From assembly GCA_965205235.1 (NCBI GenBank), contig CBDBGD010000008.1, positions 106,629-170,628 of the forward strand: a DNA stretch of 64,000 nucleotides. The letters run 5' to 3'. Shown here piece by piece: positions 27,792-35,530 of the stretch (positions are counted from its first letter, which is position 1; every line of letters starts with the position of its first letter). The stretch comes from Dehalococcoidia bacterium (lineage in GTDB: Bacteria; Chloroflexota; Dehalococcoidia; Lucifugimonadales; UBA1127). The notes beneath the pieces are model-generated. The model saw only the letters and a program-made list of their open reading frames with translations. It searched no databases and had not been told where the DNA came from. The position numbers were made by a program, and so were the translations under genes.

Positions 27792-28475
27792 CTACGCCGT
27801 CTGCTTCGCCGCCGCCCAGGTGGTGATGAGCTCCTCCGACATGGGGCTGTCGTAGCGGTCGAGGAGGAGCTTGACGCCCAGGTCGTGCTTCTCATGGTTG
27901 CTCATGGTGATGCAGTCCTGGGCCATGAGCACGTAGTAGTCGTGGGCGTAGGCGCCGATGGCCGTCTCGAGCACGCAGCCGGTGGTGGCGGTGCCGGTGA
28001 CGACGACGCTCTCAATGCCGTTGGAGCGCAGGACCTGGTCCAAGCGCGTGGCCCAGAAGGCGCCGTTGCGGTTCTTCCGCACGATGATGTCGCCGGACTG
28101 GGGCGCGAGCTCCGGGATGGTCTCGTGGCCCCAGGTGTCCTCTACGCAGACCTGCAGCGGCATCTTGTTCCTGCCGCCGGTGGGGCGCTCCCGGTACCAG
28201 TAGTGGATGTAGGCCGGGGCCACGGTGGCCAGGCTCTTCTCCACCACGTACTGGATGTAGATGATGGGCACCTTGGCCGCGCGGGCCGCGTCGAGCAGCA
28301 CGCGGAGAGGCTCGATGATGCGCCGGTTGCCTGCGATGTTCTCGCCGCCCTTCGACAGCAGCCCCTCCGGGTCGCAGAGGTCGTTCTGCATGTCGACGAC
28401 GATGACGGCGGTGTGCGCCGGGTCCGCAAGCTCGTCCAGGGTGTCATAGACCGAGTGGCCGAGAATCTCCTTCAC
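27792..28475 (-). CDS. Isochorismatase-family cysteine hydrolase, paralog 1 of 4
   Basis: 227 aa. TAVIVVDMQNDL (Asp), IIVRKNRNGAF (Lys), VVVTGTATTGCVLETA (Cys). GTG start with AAGGAGAAGG Shine-Dalgarno. Confidence 0.85.
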   Translation of the reverse strand: MKEILGHSVYDTLDELADPAHTAVIVVDMQNDLCDPEGLLSKGGENIAGNRRIIEPLRVLLDAARAAKVPIIYIQYVVEKSLATVAPAYIHYWYRERPTGGRNKMPLQVCVEDTWGHETIPELAPQSGDIIVRKNRNGAFWATRLDQVLRSNGIESVVVTGTATTGCVLETAIGAYAHDYYVLMAQDCITMSNHEKHDLGVKLLLDRYDSPMSEELITTWAAAKQTA

Positions 28476-28522
28476 GTTCCTTCTCCTTTCGTCAGGGCGG
28501 CTCTAGAGCGCCCGTTGGGAAA

Positions 28523-29188
28523 CTAGGACCAGAGTCCCACCAGCTCGTCCGAGGTCACGCTCACGTAGCGGTCGACCAGGACGGCCAGGCCCTTCTGATG
28601 GCGCTCCTGGTTCGTCTCTGCGACGCCGTCGGTGAGGACGGCGGTGTAGTAGTCGTAGGCGTGGGCGCCGACGGCCGTGTCGAGGACGCAGCCGGCGGTG
28701 GCGGTGCCCGTCACGACGACGCTTTCGATGCCGTGGCCGCGCAGGGCCTTGTCCAGGTTGGTGGCCCAGAAGCCGCCGCGCCGGGTCTTCTCGATGATGA
28801 AGTCCTCCGGCTCGGGGGCCAGCTCCGGCACCACCTCCCAGCCCCAGCTCTTGTCGAAGAGCGCGTCCAGGGCCACCGTCGGCGTCTCCGGGTCGACGTT
28901 GCCGTTGTAGCAGGAGTGGATCCACGCCGGGGCCATGGCCGAGCGCAGGTCGTCCTGGGTGTAGACGATGTAGACGATGCGCACGCCCGCCTGTCGCCCC
29001 GCCTCGATGGTCCGACGGAGCGGCTCCAGGATCTCCAGCTTGGGGCCAACGTCGTGGCCGCGCTTGGCGGACCACCCGTCAGGCGACACCAGGTCGTTCT
29101 GCATGTCGACAACCAGGATGGCCGTCTGCTCGGGTCGCAGTATCTCCTCTGTGGTCTGATAGACCGGCTTTCCGTGCACCTCAATCAT
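28523..29188 (-). CDS. Isochorismatase-family cysteine hydrolase, paralog 2 of 4
   Basis: 221 aa. TAILVVDMQNDL, FIIEKTRRGGF, VVVTGTATAGCVLDTA. GAGGAGG Shine-Dalgarno. Confidence 0.85.
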   Translation of the reverse strand: MIEVHGKPVYQTTEEILRPEQTAILVVDMQNDLVSPDGWSAKRGHDVGPKLEILEPLRRTIEAGRQAGVRIVYIVYTQDDLRSAMAPAWIHSCYNGNVDPETPTVALDALFDKSWGWEVVPELAPEPEDFIIEKTRRGGFWATNLDKALRGHGIESVVVTGTATAGCVLDTAVGAHAYDYYTAVLTDGVAETNQERHQKGLAVLVDRYVSVTSDELVGLWS

Positions 29189-29224
29189 GGGCTCCTCCTC
29201 GCAGTTGTGTTCGTCGTATCGTAT

Positions 29225-29923
29225 CTACGCCGCCACCGGCCTCGCCGCTGAAGCCCAGCAGGTGACGAGGTCCTCGGCGGACGGCCCGAGGTAGCGCTGC
29301 GCCAAAAAGGCCATGCCGAGCTCGTGGCCCGTGGGGTCGTTGGTCGCCACGCAATCCTTGGCGTAGACGGTGTAGTAGTCGTTGCCGGCGGCGCCGACGG
29401 CGGTGTCGAGCACGCAGCCGTGGGTGGCGGTGCCGGTGATGACCACCGTGTCGATGCCGTTGCCGCGCAGCACCTTGTCCAGGTTGGTGCCCCAGAAGCC
29501 GCCCATGTTGTTCTTCAGAACGCAGACGTCGCCCGGCTCGGGGGCCAGCTCCGGGATGACCTCCCAGCCCCAGGTGCCCTCGAAGCAGGCCTCCATCTCG
29601 ACGCGGTAGGACCGCTTGCGCTCGCCCATGTACTCCAGCACGCCGCCCTGGTGGACCCACGCGGGCGTTGCGAGCCGGTGGCCCTTGTCCATGGTGTACT
29701 GGATGTAGACGATCATCACACCGGCCTGCCGGGCGGCGTTGATGACGGTGCGAATGGGCTCGATGATGCGGCGGTTGGCGCCGATGTCCTCGCCGACCTT
29801 GTCCAGGAAGCCGTCGGGGGAGACCAGGTCGTTCTGCATGTCGACGACGATGACCGCGGTGTGCGACGGGTCCAGAAGCTCCTCGAAGGAATCGTAGATC
29901 GGGGTATCGAAGTCTATCCTCAT
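29225..29923 (-). CDS. Isochorismatase-family cysteine hydrolase, paralog 3 of 4
   Basis: 232 aa. TAVIVVDMQNDL, VCVLKNNMGGF, VVITGTATHGCVLDTA. GAGGAGG Shine-Dalgarno. Confidence 0.85.
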   Translation of the reverse strand: MRIDFDTPIYDSFEELLDPSHTAVIVVDMQNDLVSPDGFLDKVGEDIGANRRIIEPIRTVINAARQAGVMIVYIQYTMDKGHRLATPAWVHQGGVLEYMGERKRSYRVEMEACFEGTWGWEVIPELAPEPGDVCVLKNNMGGFWGTNLDKVLRGNGIDTVVITGTATHGCVLDTAVGAAGNDYYTVYAKDCVATNDPTGHELGMAFLAQRYLGPSAEDLVTCWASAARPVAA

Positions 29924-29971
29924 GCCCTACCTCCTCAACGTTGTGCTGTGTATCGAGCCGGCGGGTCGACC

Positions 29972-30301
29972 CTAGCCGGCGTCCTTCTCGACGACGACCG
30001 CAGTGCCGTACGCGAGTATCTCCGACGCGCCCGACATGACTGCGGACGTCGTATACCTGACGCCGACGACGGCGTTTGCGCCGAGCGCATTCGCCGCGTC
30101 GATCATGATGCCGGTGGCCTCGGCGCGTGCGGCGGCTAGGAGCTGCGAGTACTCGGGCACGTCGCCGCCCTTGATGCCGCGGAGCCCGGCGGTGATGTCC
30201 CGACCGATGCCGCGCGTCCTGACGGCGTTGCCCTGCACCAGCCCCTTCACCTCCACCACGCGCACACCGGGCACCGTGTCCGTCGTCGCAAGAAGCGTCA
30301 C
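29972..30301 (-). CDS. YbjQ/UPF0145 family protein
   Basis: About 109 aa from GTG 30301. VEVKGLVQGNAVRTRGIGRDITAGLRGIKGGDVPEYSQLLAAARAEA...ANAVVGVRY matches the YbjQ pattern. The GTG overlaps the upstream TGA (GTGA). The ORF track's longer start would overlap paralog 4 by 49 nt. Confidence 0.75.
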   Translation of the reverse strand: MTLLATTDTVPGVRVVEVKGLVQGNAVRTRGIGRDITAGLRGIKGGDVPEYSQLLAAARAEATGIMIDAANALGANAVVGVRYTTSAVMSGASEILAYGTAVVVEKDAG

Positions 30302-31017
30302 GCCGATGCCTCTTCGCCTGCGCCGTTGCCGTCGGCGGCCGCCCACAGGGCGAGCAGCTCCTCGGACGACGGCCCGTCGTAGCGGGCGGCGAGCAGCTTC
30401 ATCCCCACCTCGTGGGTCTTGGGGTTCATGGTGGTCACGCAGTCCCGGACGTAGACGGTGTAGTAGTCGTTGGCCGCTGCGCCGACGGCCGTGTCGAAGA
30501 CGCAGCCGGACGTGGCGGTGCCCGTCACGACCACGGTCTCGATGCCGTTGCCGCGCAGGATCTTGTCCAGGTTGGTGTCCCAGAAGCCGCCCAGGTGGTG
30601 CTTCTGCACCAGGATGTCGCCCTCCTCCGGCGCCAGCTCCTCGATCACCTCCCAGCCCCAGGTGCCCTCGAACAGGCCCTCAAGGCTGGAGATGCCCTTC
30701 TTGGCGGGCGAGAGGAGCGTGCCACTGAACAGCCGGATACCGTTGTACACCCACGCGGGCGTTACCGTGGGCAGCCCCGGATGGATGGTGTACATGATGT
30801 AGATCACGGGGATGCTCGCCTCGCGGGCGCCCTGCAGCAGCACGCGCAGGTCGCCGATGATGCGCCTGTTGCCCTCCAGTTCAGCGCCGTTGCGGTCGGC
30901 GAGGCCGCCGGGCGCGACGAGGTCGTTCTGCATGTCGACCACGACCACCGCCGTGTGCGACGGATCGACCACCTCCGCCAGCGAGTCGTAGACCAGTTTG
31001 CCGTAGGCTTCCTTCAT
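30298..31017 (-). CDS. Isochorismatase-family cysteine hydrolase, paralog 4 of 4
   Basis: 239 aa. TAVVVVDMQNDL, ILVQKHHLGGF, VVVTGTATSGCVFDTA. GGAGGAGGG Shine-Dalgarno. Confidence 0.85.
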   Translation of the reverse strand: MKEAYGKLVYDSLAEVVDPSHTAVVVVDMQNDLVAPGGLADRNGAELEGNRRIIGDLRVLLQGAREASIPVIYIMYTIHPGLPTVTPAWVYNGIRLFSGTLLSPAKKGISSLEGLFEGTWGWEVIEELAPEEGDILVQKHHLGGFWDTNLDKILRGNGIETVVVTGTATSGCVFDTAVGAAANDYYTVYVRDCVTTMNPKTHEVGMKLLAARYDGPSSEELLALWAAADGNGAGEEASA

Positions 31018-31035
31018 ACGCCCTCCTCCCGCTCG

Positions 31036-32949
31036 TCAGTCTCCCAGGAACTTGGCGACGTGGGCGGCGGCGCGGCGCAGCGCGTCGGCCACCGTCTCGG
31101 GTCGCCAGTCGTACCAGCCGTGGTGCTCGCAGTTGTACTGGATGAACTCCACGTACTTCCCCTTGGCTTTGGCCTGGCGGAAGTAGTCCTGGGCCATGCT
31201 AATGCGCACGCCGTCGCGGTCGCCCCAGAGGAACAGCAGCGGCGTGACGATGTTGTCGAGGTTGTAGACGGGGGAGCGCTCCATCCAGTGGTCGAGGGCG
31301 ATGTCCGGGCCGCCGTAGTCGCCGCCGACGACGTCGCCGAGGGTGGACCTGCCGGCGGCGGAGCCGTAGCGCTCCATGTGAACGAGGTCCGGCGGGCCGT
31401 AGAAGTTGATGGCAGCCTTGATGAGGTCCGGGTAGCGGGAGATGGTCTGGTTGGTGAAGTAGCCGCCCGTGCTCCCGCCGTGCATGGCCACCCTGGCCGG
31501 GTCGATGAGGCCCTGGCTCGCCAGGTGCTCCACGCCGGCCGCGATGTCGTCGACGTCGCCGCCGCCCCAGTCGCCGAAGTTCATGGTCTCGTAGACCTTG
31601 CCCAGGCCGCCGCTGCCTCGCACCTCGGGCGCGAGGACGGTGTAGCCCTTGCTGCACCAGTACTGGATGAAGGGGTAGAAACCGTTGACGTGGAAGCCGT
31701 GGATGTTGGCCCGGGCGAAGATGACCAGCGGCGTCGCGCCCGTCGCGCTCGGCGGCCTGTACAGCCACGCAGGCACCTCCAGCCCGTCCTTGGACGCGTA
31801 GCGGATGAGCGTGGGCTCGACGAACGCGCTGCGGTCCAGGTCCTTGGGCATGTGGTCGGTGATCTGTCGAGGCGCGCCGCCGCTGACCGGGATGGCCCAC
31901 AGGTCGCTGCAGGTCTGGTAGTCCGCGTGGGTGTAGACGATCTCCTTGCCGTCGGGCGTCCAGGCCAGGGAGCCGCGGACCTGGCTGCCCTCGTAGCCGC
32001 CGTTGATGCCGTCGCCCTGGGTGAGCTGGATGGGCTCGCCGCTGCCGTCGGCGGCGACCAGCATGATATGGAAGTTCCAGCTCTTGCTGGCCGTGTAGGC
32101 GATCCACTTGCCGTCCGGGGAGAAGTAGGGGTTGTTCTCGTCCCACTCGCTGGTGGTGAGCATGGTGGTCTCGCCGGTGGCGACGTCGATGACGCCGATG
32201 TTGCGCCACCCCGTGCGGTCCGAGACGAAGGCGATGCGCGTGCCGTCGGGCGACCATCGGGGGTGCGAGTCGTGGTGGTCCTTGGTGTTGGGCGTCAGGT
32301 TGCGAGCGGGGCCGCCCGAGATGGGGGCGATGAAGACGTCCATGCGCTTGTTGTCGGCATAGCCGCTGCGGTCCGACTGGAAGGCCACCCACTGGCCGTC
32401 GGGCGAGAGCTGGACGTTGGTGTTGTTCCACTCGTCGTTGGTGATGAGGCGAGGCCGGATCTTGCCCGTGGGGATCTCCGTGGGCAGGGCCTTGACCTGG
32501 CTGTGCCCGGTGGGGCCGCCGCCGGTGAAGACTACCTCACTGCCGTCGGGCGTCCATCGAGTCCACTCGTTGTAGCGGCCGGGGCTGTTGTCGTAGGTGA
32601 TGTTGTAGGGGGCCTCCGTGCCGTCGGCGCGGACGATGTAGAGGTTGCCGGTGGGCGAGGAGTAGCGGGCCCCGTAGGAGATCCACTCGCCGTCGGGCGA
32701 CCAGGAGGGGACGAGGCACTGCTCCGGGTACATGTGCACGATGCAGCGGTTGTTGGAGCCGTCGATGTCGACGACCCACAGGTCGTAGCCGCCGCTCTCG
32801 GCGGAGACGTAGGCGATGCGGGAGCCGTCGGGGGAGATGGCGAAGTCCTCCACCTTGGCGTTGGTGCGTGCCAGCGCGTCGATGAGGGGATCGTCGGGGA
32901 GCACGGGGGGTTCGGGGAACGTGGCGCCGCGGTTGTAGTGCGCAGCCAT
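31036..32949 (-). CDS. S9 family serine peptidase with TolB-like beta-propeller
   Basis: 637 aa. Six blades (WSPDGEWISY, WTPDGSEVVF, LSPDGQWVAF, WSPDGTRIAF, FSPDGKWIAY, WTPDGKEIVY). Hydrolase domain with HGGSTGGYF and GDRDGVRIS. Confidence 0.88.
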   Translation of the reverse strand: MAAHYNRGATFPEPPVLPDDPLIDALARTNAKVEDFAISPDGSRIAYVSAESGGYDLWVVDIDGSNNRCIVHMYPEQCLVPSWSPDGEWISYGARYSSPTGNLYIVRADGTEAPYNITYDNSPGRYNEWTRWTPDGSEVVFTGGGPTGHSQVKALPTEIPTGKIRPRLITNDEWNNTNVQLSPDGQWVAFQSDRSGYADNKRMDVFIAPISGGPARNLTPNTKDHHDSHPRWSPDGTRIAFVSDRTGWRNIGVIDVATGETTMLTTSEWDENNPYFSPDGKWIAYTASKSWNFHIMLVAADGSGEPIQLTQGDGINGGYEGSQVRGSLAWTPDGKEIVYTHADYQTCSDLWAIPVSGGAPRQITDHMPKDLDRSAFVEPTLIRYASKDGLEVPAWLYRPPSATGATPLVIFARANIHGFHVNGFYPFIQYWCSKGYTVLAPEVRGSGGLGKVYETMNFGDWGGGDVDDIAAGVEHLASQGLIDPARVAMHGGSTGGYFTNQTISRYPDLIKAAINFYGPPDLVHMERYGSAAGRSTLGDVVGGDYGGPDIALDHWMERSPVYNLDNIVTPLLFLWGDRDGVRISMAQDYFRQAKAKGKYVEFIQYNCEHHGWYDWRPETVADALRRAAAHVAKFLGD

Positions 32950-33061
32950 GTAACGCCTCCACTCGGGCGGGTACCCTGGGGTGGGGCCATTCTAGGTAGG
33001 CGGTGGGGGTTTGGTCAAGCGTAGGGGGAGTGGGGGGTGAAGGTCGGCGTTCCGACGCACG

Positions 33062-34204
33062 CTATTGCAAAGCGCCCAACTCTCGCACAACCTTCTCCAA
33101 CCGCTCCACCATCACGTCAACGTGCGGCGCCAGTTTATTGTACGACGCGCTCCAGCCTCGCCTGTCTTTCTCAACCTTGTTCATGGAGTCGCCCTCGAAA
33201 CTCGCTATGTACCGCCGAAGTACGGCCAGAACCATTTCGTCGGGTGAGGGGGTGTAGGTGGAGACCGCCTCGCCGAAATGGGCATCGTTCAGTTCTTCGC
33301 CCACCCAACCGCCCTGTGCACCTGGAGGCGTTAGTATGGCGACGGTAATCGGGTTCCTCCCCCATCGGGGGCACTTAGCGCGAATGCTGACACTGGTGCT
33401 GCCCCAGTTGAGCGTCGCGCCGGCGGCCACGGCACCATCCAGGAGGCGCTCTGCTACTTTGCGGTCAGTCGCATTGGTGAATGCGCTGAAGAACGACTCT
33501 CGCGTGTAGTTGGGGGTGCGTGGATTCGGCTTCCTGTCGCCCGCAATTCTGCCCATCACCCTCGGGACCAAAGTCTGTCCTCCATGGCCCCTGAACTGCT
33601 TGATCTCCACCGCAAGCACTTCGATGGCCGGCATTGCTCGGTTCAGGAATTCGATGACGCGCAGGAGCTCGTCCGGGACCTTGTCGGCGACGAACAGCAG
33701 CCGCATATGACGTGCATCAAGGTTTCGGGCGACCTCCTGGAAGAAGGACTCCATGTCGACCTCATCGGTCTGCAGGAGGGTTGCTAAGCGCGCCGCGGAG
33801 TCGTCGCCTACCTCTTCACATTGGGCCTCAAAGCGCTCGCGCATCACGTCGGCCGTCCAAGTCTCCGACGCGTAGGCCGCGTACTCTAACAACTGGCCGA
33901 CAACAGTGCGACGGATCTCTGTATTGGCGCTGCGCTTGCACTCCACGAGTGTCGGAATGCGGTCCTGGTCCACAAGCAGGAGATCAAGGGACCAGCGGGT
34001 CGATTCTTCCGGCTTTTCGGCAATGCCCATTTCACGTGAGATGACGAGCCATCGCCTGGGGTCTTGGGGCCGCACCTGCTCACCAGCCAACAATTCGGGG
34101 TGGTTTGCGAGCAACTTTTGGAGATCGTCTTCCGTTGAGAAGCGCTCCTCTTCCAAAGGCTCCAGTTTTCCACCGTCGCCTCTGAGGTAGATGCGCTCGG
34201 CCAT
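33062..34204 (-). CDS. PD-(D/E)xK (NucS/DUF91-like) nuclease-domain protein of unknown function
   Basis: 380 aa from ATG 34204. N-terminal LEPLEEERFSTEDDLQKLLANHPELL, then the core WSLDLLLVDQDRIPTLVECKR (D...ExK), then GQLLEYAAYA and LLFVADKVPDELLRVIEFLNRAM..IEVLAVEIKQF. Two hand-counted 100-nt samples gave 59-60% GC, against 68% in the next gene. The rest of the 755-aa ORF is antisense to the next gene. Confidence 0.6.
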   Translation of the reverse strand: MAERIYLRGDGGKLEPLEEERFSTEDDLQKLLANHPELLAGEQVRPQDPRRWLVISREMGIAEKPEESTRWSLDLLLVDQDRIPTLVECKRSANTEIRRTVVGQLLEYAAYASETWTADVMRERFEAQCEEVGDDSAARLATLLQTDEVDMESFFQEVARNLDARHMRLLFVADKVPDELLRVIEFLNRAMPAIEVLAVEIKQFRGHGGQTLVPRVMGRIAGDRKPNPRTPNYTRESFFSAFTNATDRKVAERLLDGAVAAGATLNWGSTSVSIRAKCPRWGRNPITVAILTPPGAQGGWVGEELNDAHFGEAVSTYTPSPDEMVLAVLRRYIASFEGDSMNKVEKDRRGWSASYNKLAPHVDVMVERLEKVVRELGALQ

Positions 34205-34245
34205 GTCAGGACTCCCGGTTGGATTCGCGGGGTGGGCGGGCGCGG

Positions 34246-35373
34246 CTACGCGATAAACCCGTAGAGGCGGCCGGCGTTCTCGCAGATGAGCTTGCGGCGC
34301 TTGTTCTCCGGCAGGCCTCCCAGGTTGCGCTCGATGACCGACTGGGACTCGGGCCAGACGGAGTCCGGGTGGGGGTAGTCGGATCCCCAGATGACGCGGT
34401 CCTCGCCCACCAGCTCCAGCACCGTCGCGACGGATTGCTCGTCCTGGTACGTCGAGTGGCCGTGCTCGTGCCAGAACTCGCTGGGCTTGCGGTCCAGGTC
34501 CGTGGCGAAGTCGCCGCGCTTCTCGGCGAACGCGGCGTCGAGTCGCTCCAGCGCGAAGGGGATCCACGAGATGCCGCACTCGCCCAGGACGAAGCGGAAG
34601 TCCGGGTAGCGCTGGCAGGCGCCGGAGAGGAGGATGCTGCCCAGCGCCTCTATCCCGCCCATCTGGAACATCGCGTTTCGGAGGTTCTCGTGCTGGGGCT
34701 TGTAGGTCTCGACGTCGTCGCCCACCAGCTCGCGGGGCCTGAGGCCCAGGCTGTGGAAGGAGACCGGCATGCCGCACTCGGCAGCTGCGGCCCACAGCGG
34801 CTCCCAGTCGCGGTGGTAGAGTGGCTTGGCCGTGAGCGGCAGGTCGGCGCCCTTGAGGCCCAGTCGGGCTGCGAGGCGCAGGTCCTCTGCGGCGGCGTCC
34901 GCGTCGTGGATGACCAGCGGCGCCAGGGCGGCCCACCGGCCGGGGTAGGAGGCGCAGAAGCCGGCGGCCCACTCGTAGTACACCCGGTACATGTAGCGGA
35001 GCAGCTCCGGGTCCTGGAACTGCAGGTGCGTGCCCGACAGGCCGTAGATGACCTCCGCCTCCACGCCGTCGCGCTGCATGTCGCGCAGGCGGAGGTGCGG
35101 CGTGGTGGGGTGCAGGCCCTCCTCGTAGAACCCGGCGTCGGACATGGCCGAGATGCGACGGGAGCGCTCCTTCACCGCTGGGTTGAAGGAGAAGGCCAGG
35201 CCGCCCTGGATGCCGAGCTGCCTGCCCTCCGCCCACCATCGGGGGCCGACGTTGGTGTCGACGACGCGGGGGGCGGTGTCGCGGAAGCGCGGCGGGGCGT
35301 TGTCGATCCAGAGGTCGCCGGGCATCCACGTCATGTCGACGTGGGAGTCGCCGGAGATGACCTGGTACTCCAT
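34246..35373 (-). CDS. Amidohydrolase-2 family protein
   Basis: 375 aa from ATG 35373 (GAGGG Shine-Dalgarno). MEYQVISGDSHVDMTW is the typical opening. IWGSDYPHPDS near the C-terminus. Confidence 0.8.
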   Translation of the reverse strand: MEYQVISGDSHVDMTWMPGDLWIDNAPPRFRDTAPRVVDTNVGPRWWAEGRQLGIQGGLAFSFNPAVKERSRRISAMSDAGFYEEGLHPTTPHLRLRDMQRDGVEAEVIYGLSGTHLQFQDPELLRYMYRVYYEWAAGFCASYPGRWAALAPLVIHDADAAAEDLRLAARLGLKGADLPLTAKPLYHRDWEPLWAAAAECGMPVSFHSLGLRPRELVGDDVETYKPQHENLRNAMFQMGGIEALGSILLSGACQRYPDFRFVLGECGISWIPFALERLDAAFAEKRGDFATDLDRKPSEFWHEHGHSTYQDEQSVATVLELVGEDRVIWGSDYPHPDSVWPESQSVIERNLGGLPENKRRKLICENAGRLYGFIA

Positions 35374-35394
35374 GTCGCCCTCGCTTCTCTTCCG

Positions 35395-35530
35395 CCCTTG
35401 TAACGCTGGCTCTTGCTGTGTCGAGGTTTCCTGCTTCCGCAGGAACGACGAAATCGGCCGTCGCTTCCCTTGCGCCCTGCCCTCACCGTGGGCCCGTGGT
35501 TCGACGGGGCTCACCACGAGCGGGTGGTTG
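35395..35530. repeat. Composite intergenic repeat locus 5 (hairpin D and motif B)
   Basis: TTCCTGCttccGCAGGAA around 35429-35446. GTGGGCCCGTGGTTCGACGGGGCTCACCACGAGCGG at 35488-35523 is the near-exact reverse complement of 4415-4450. Confidence 0.8.

Noticed and set aside
30412-33024. 870-aa plus-strand ORF
   Set aside because: It is antisense to isochorismatase paralog 4 and the S9 peptidase, which carry catalytic motifs. Its composition is dominated by G/A/V/D/R with no domain pattern.
33062-35329. 755-aa minus-strand ORF as a single gene; likewise the 439-aa version of 34246..35565
   Set aside because: The N-terminal 375 codons are Arg/Pro/Gly junk that overlaps the amidohydrolase-2 gene in another frame. 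The nuclease-like protein starts at ATG 34204 and has its own Shine-Dalgarno. The amidohydrolase starts at ATG 35373 (MEYQVISGDSHVD); the extension runs into repeat locus 5.
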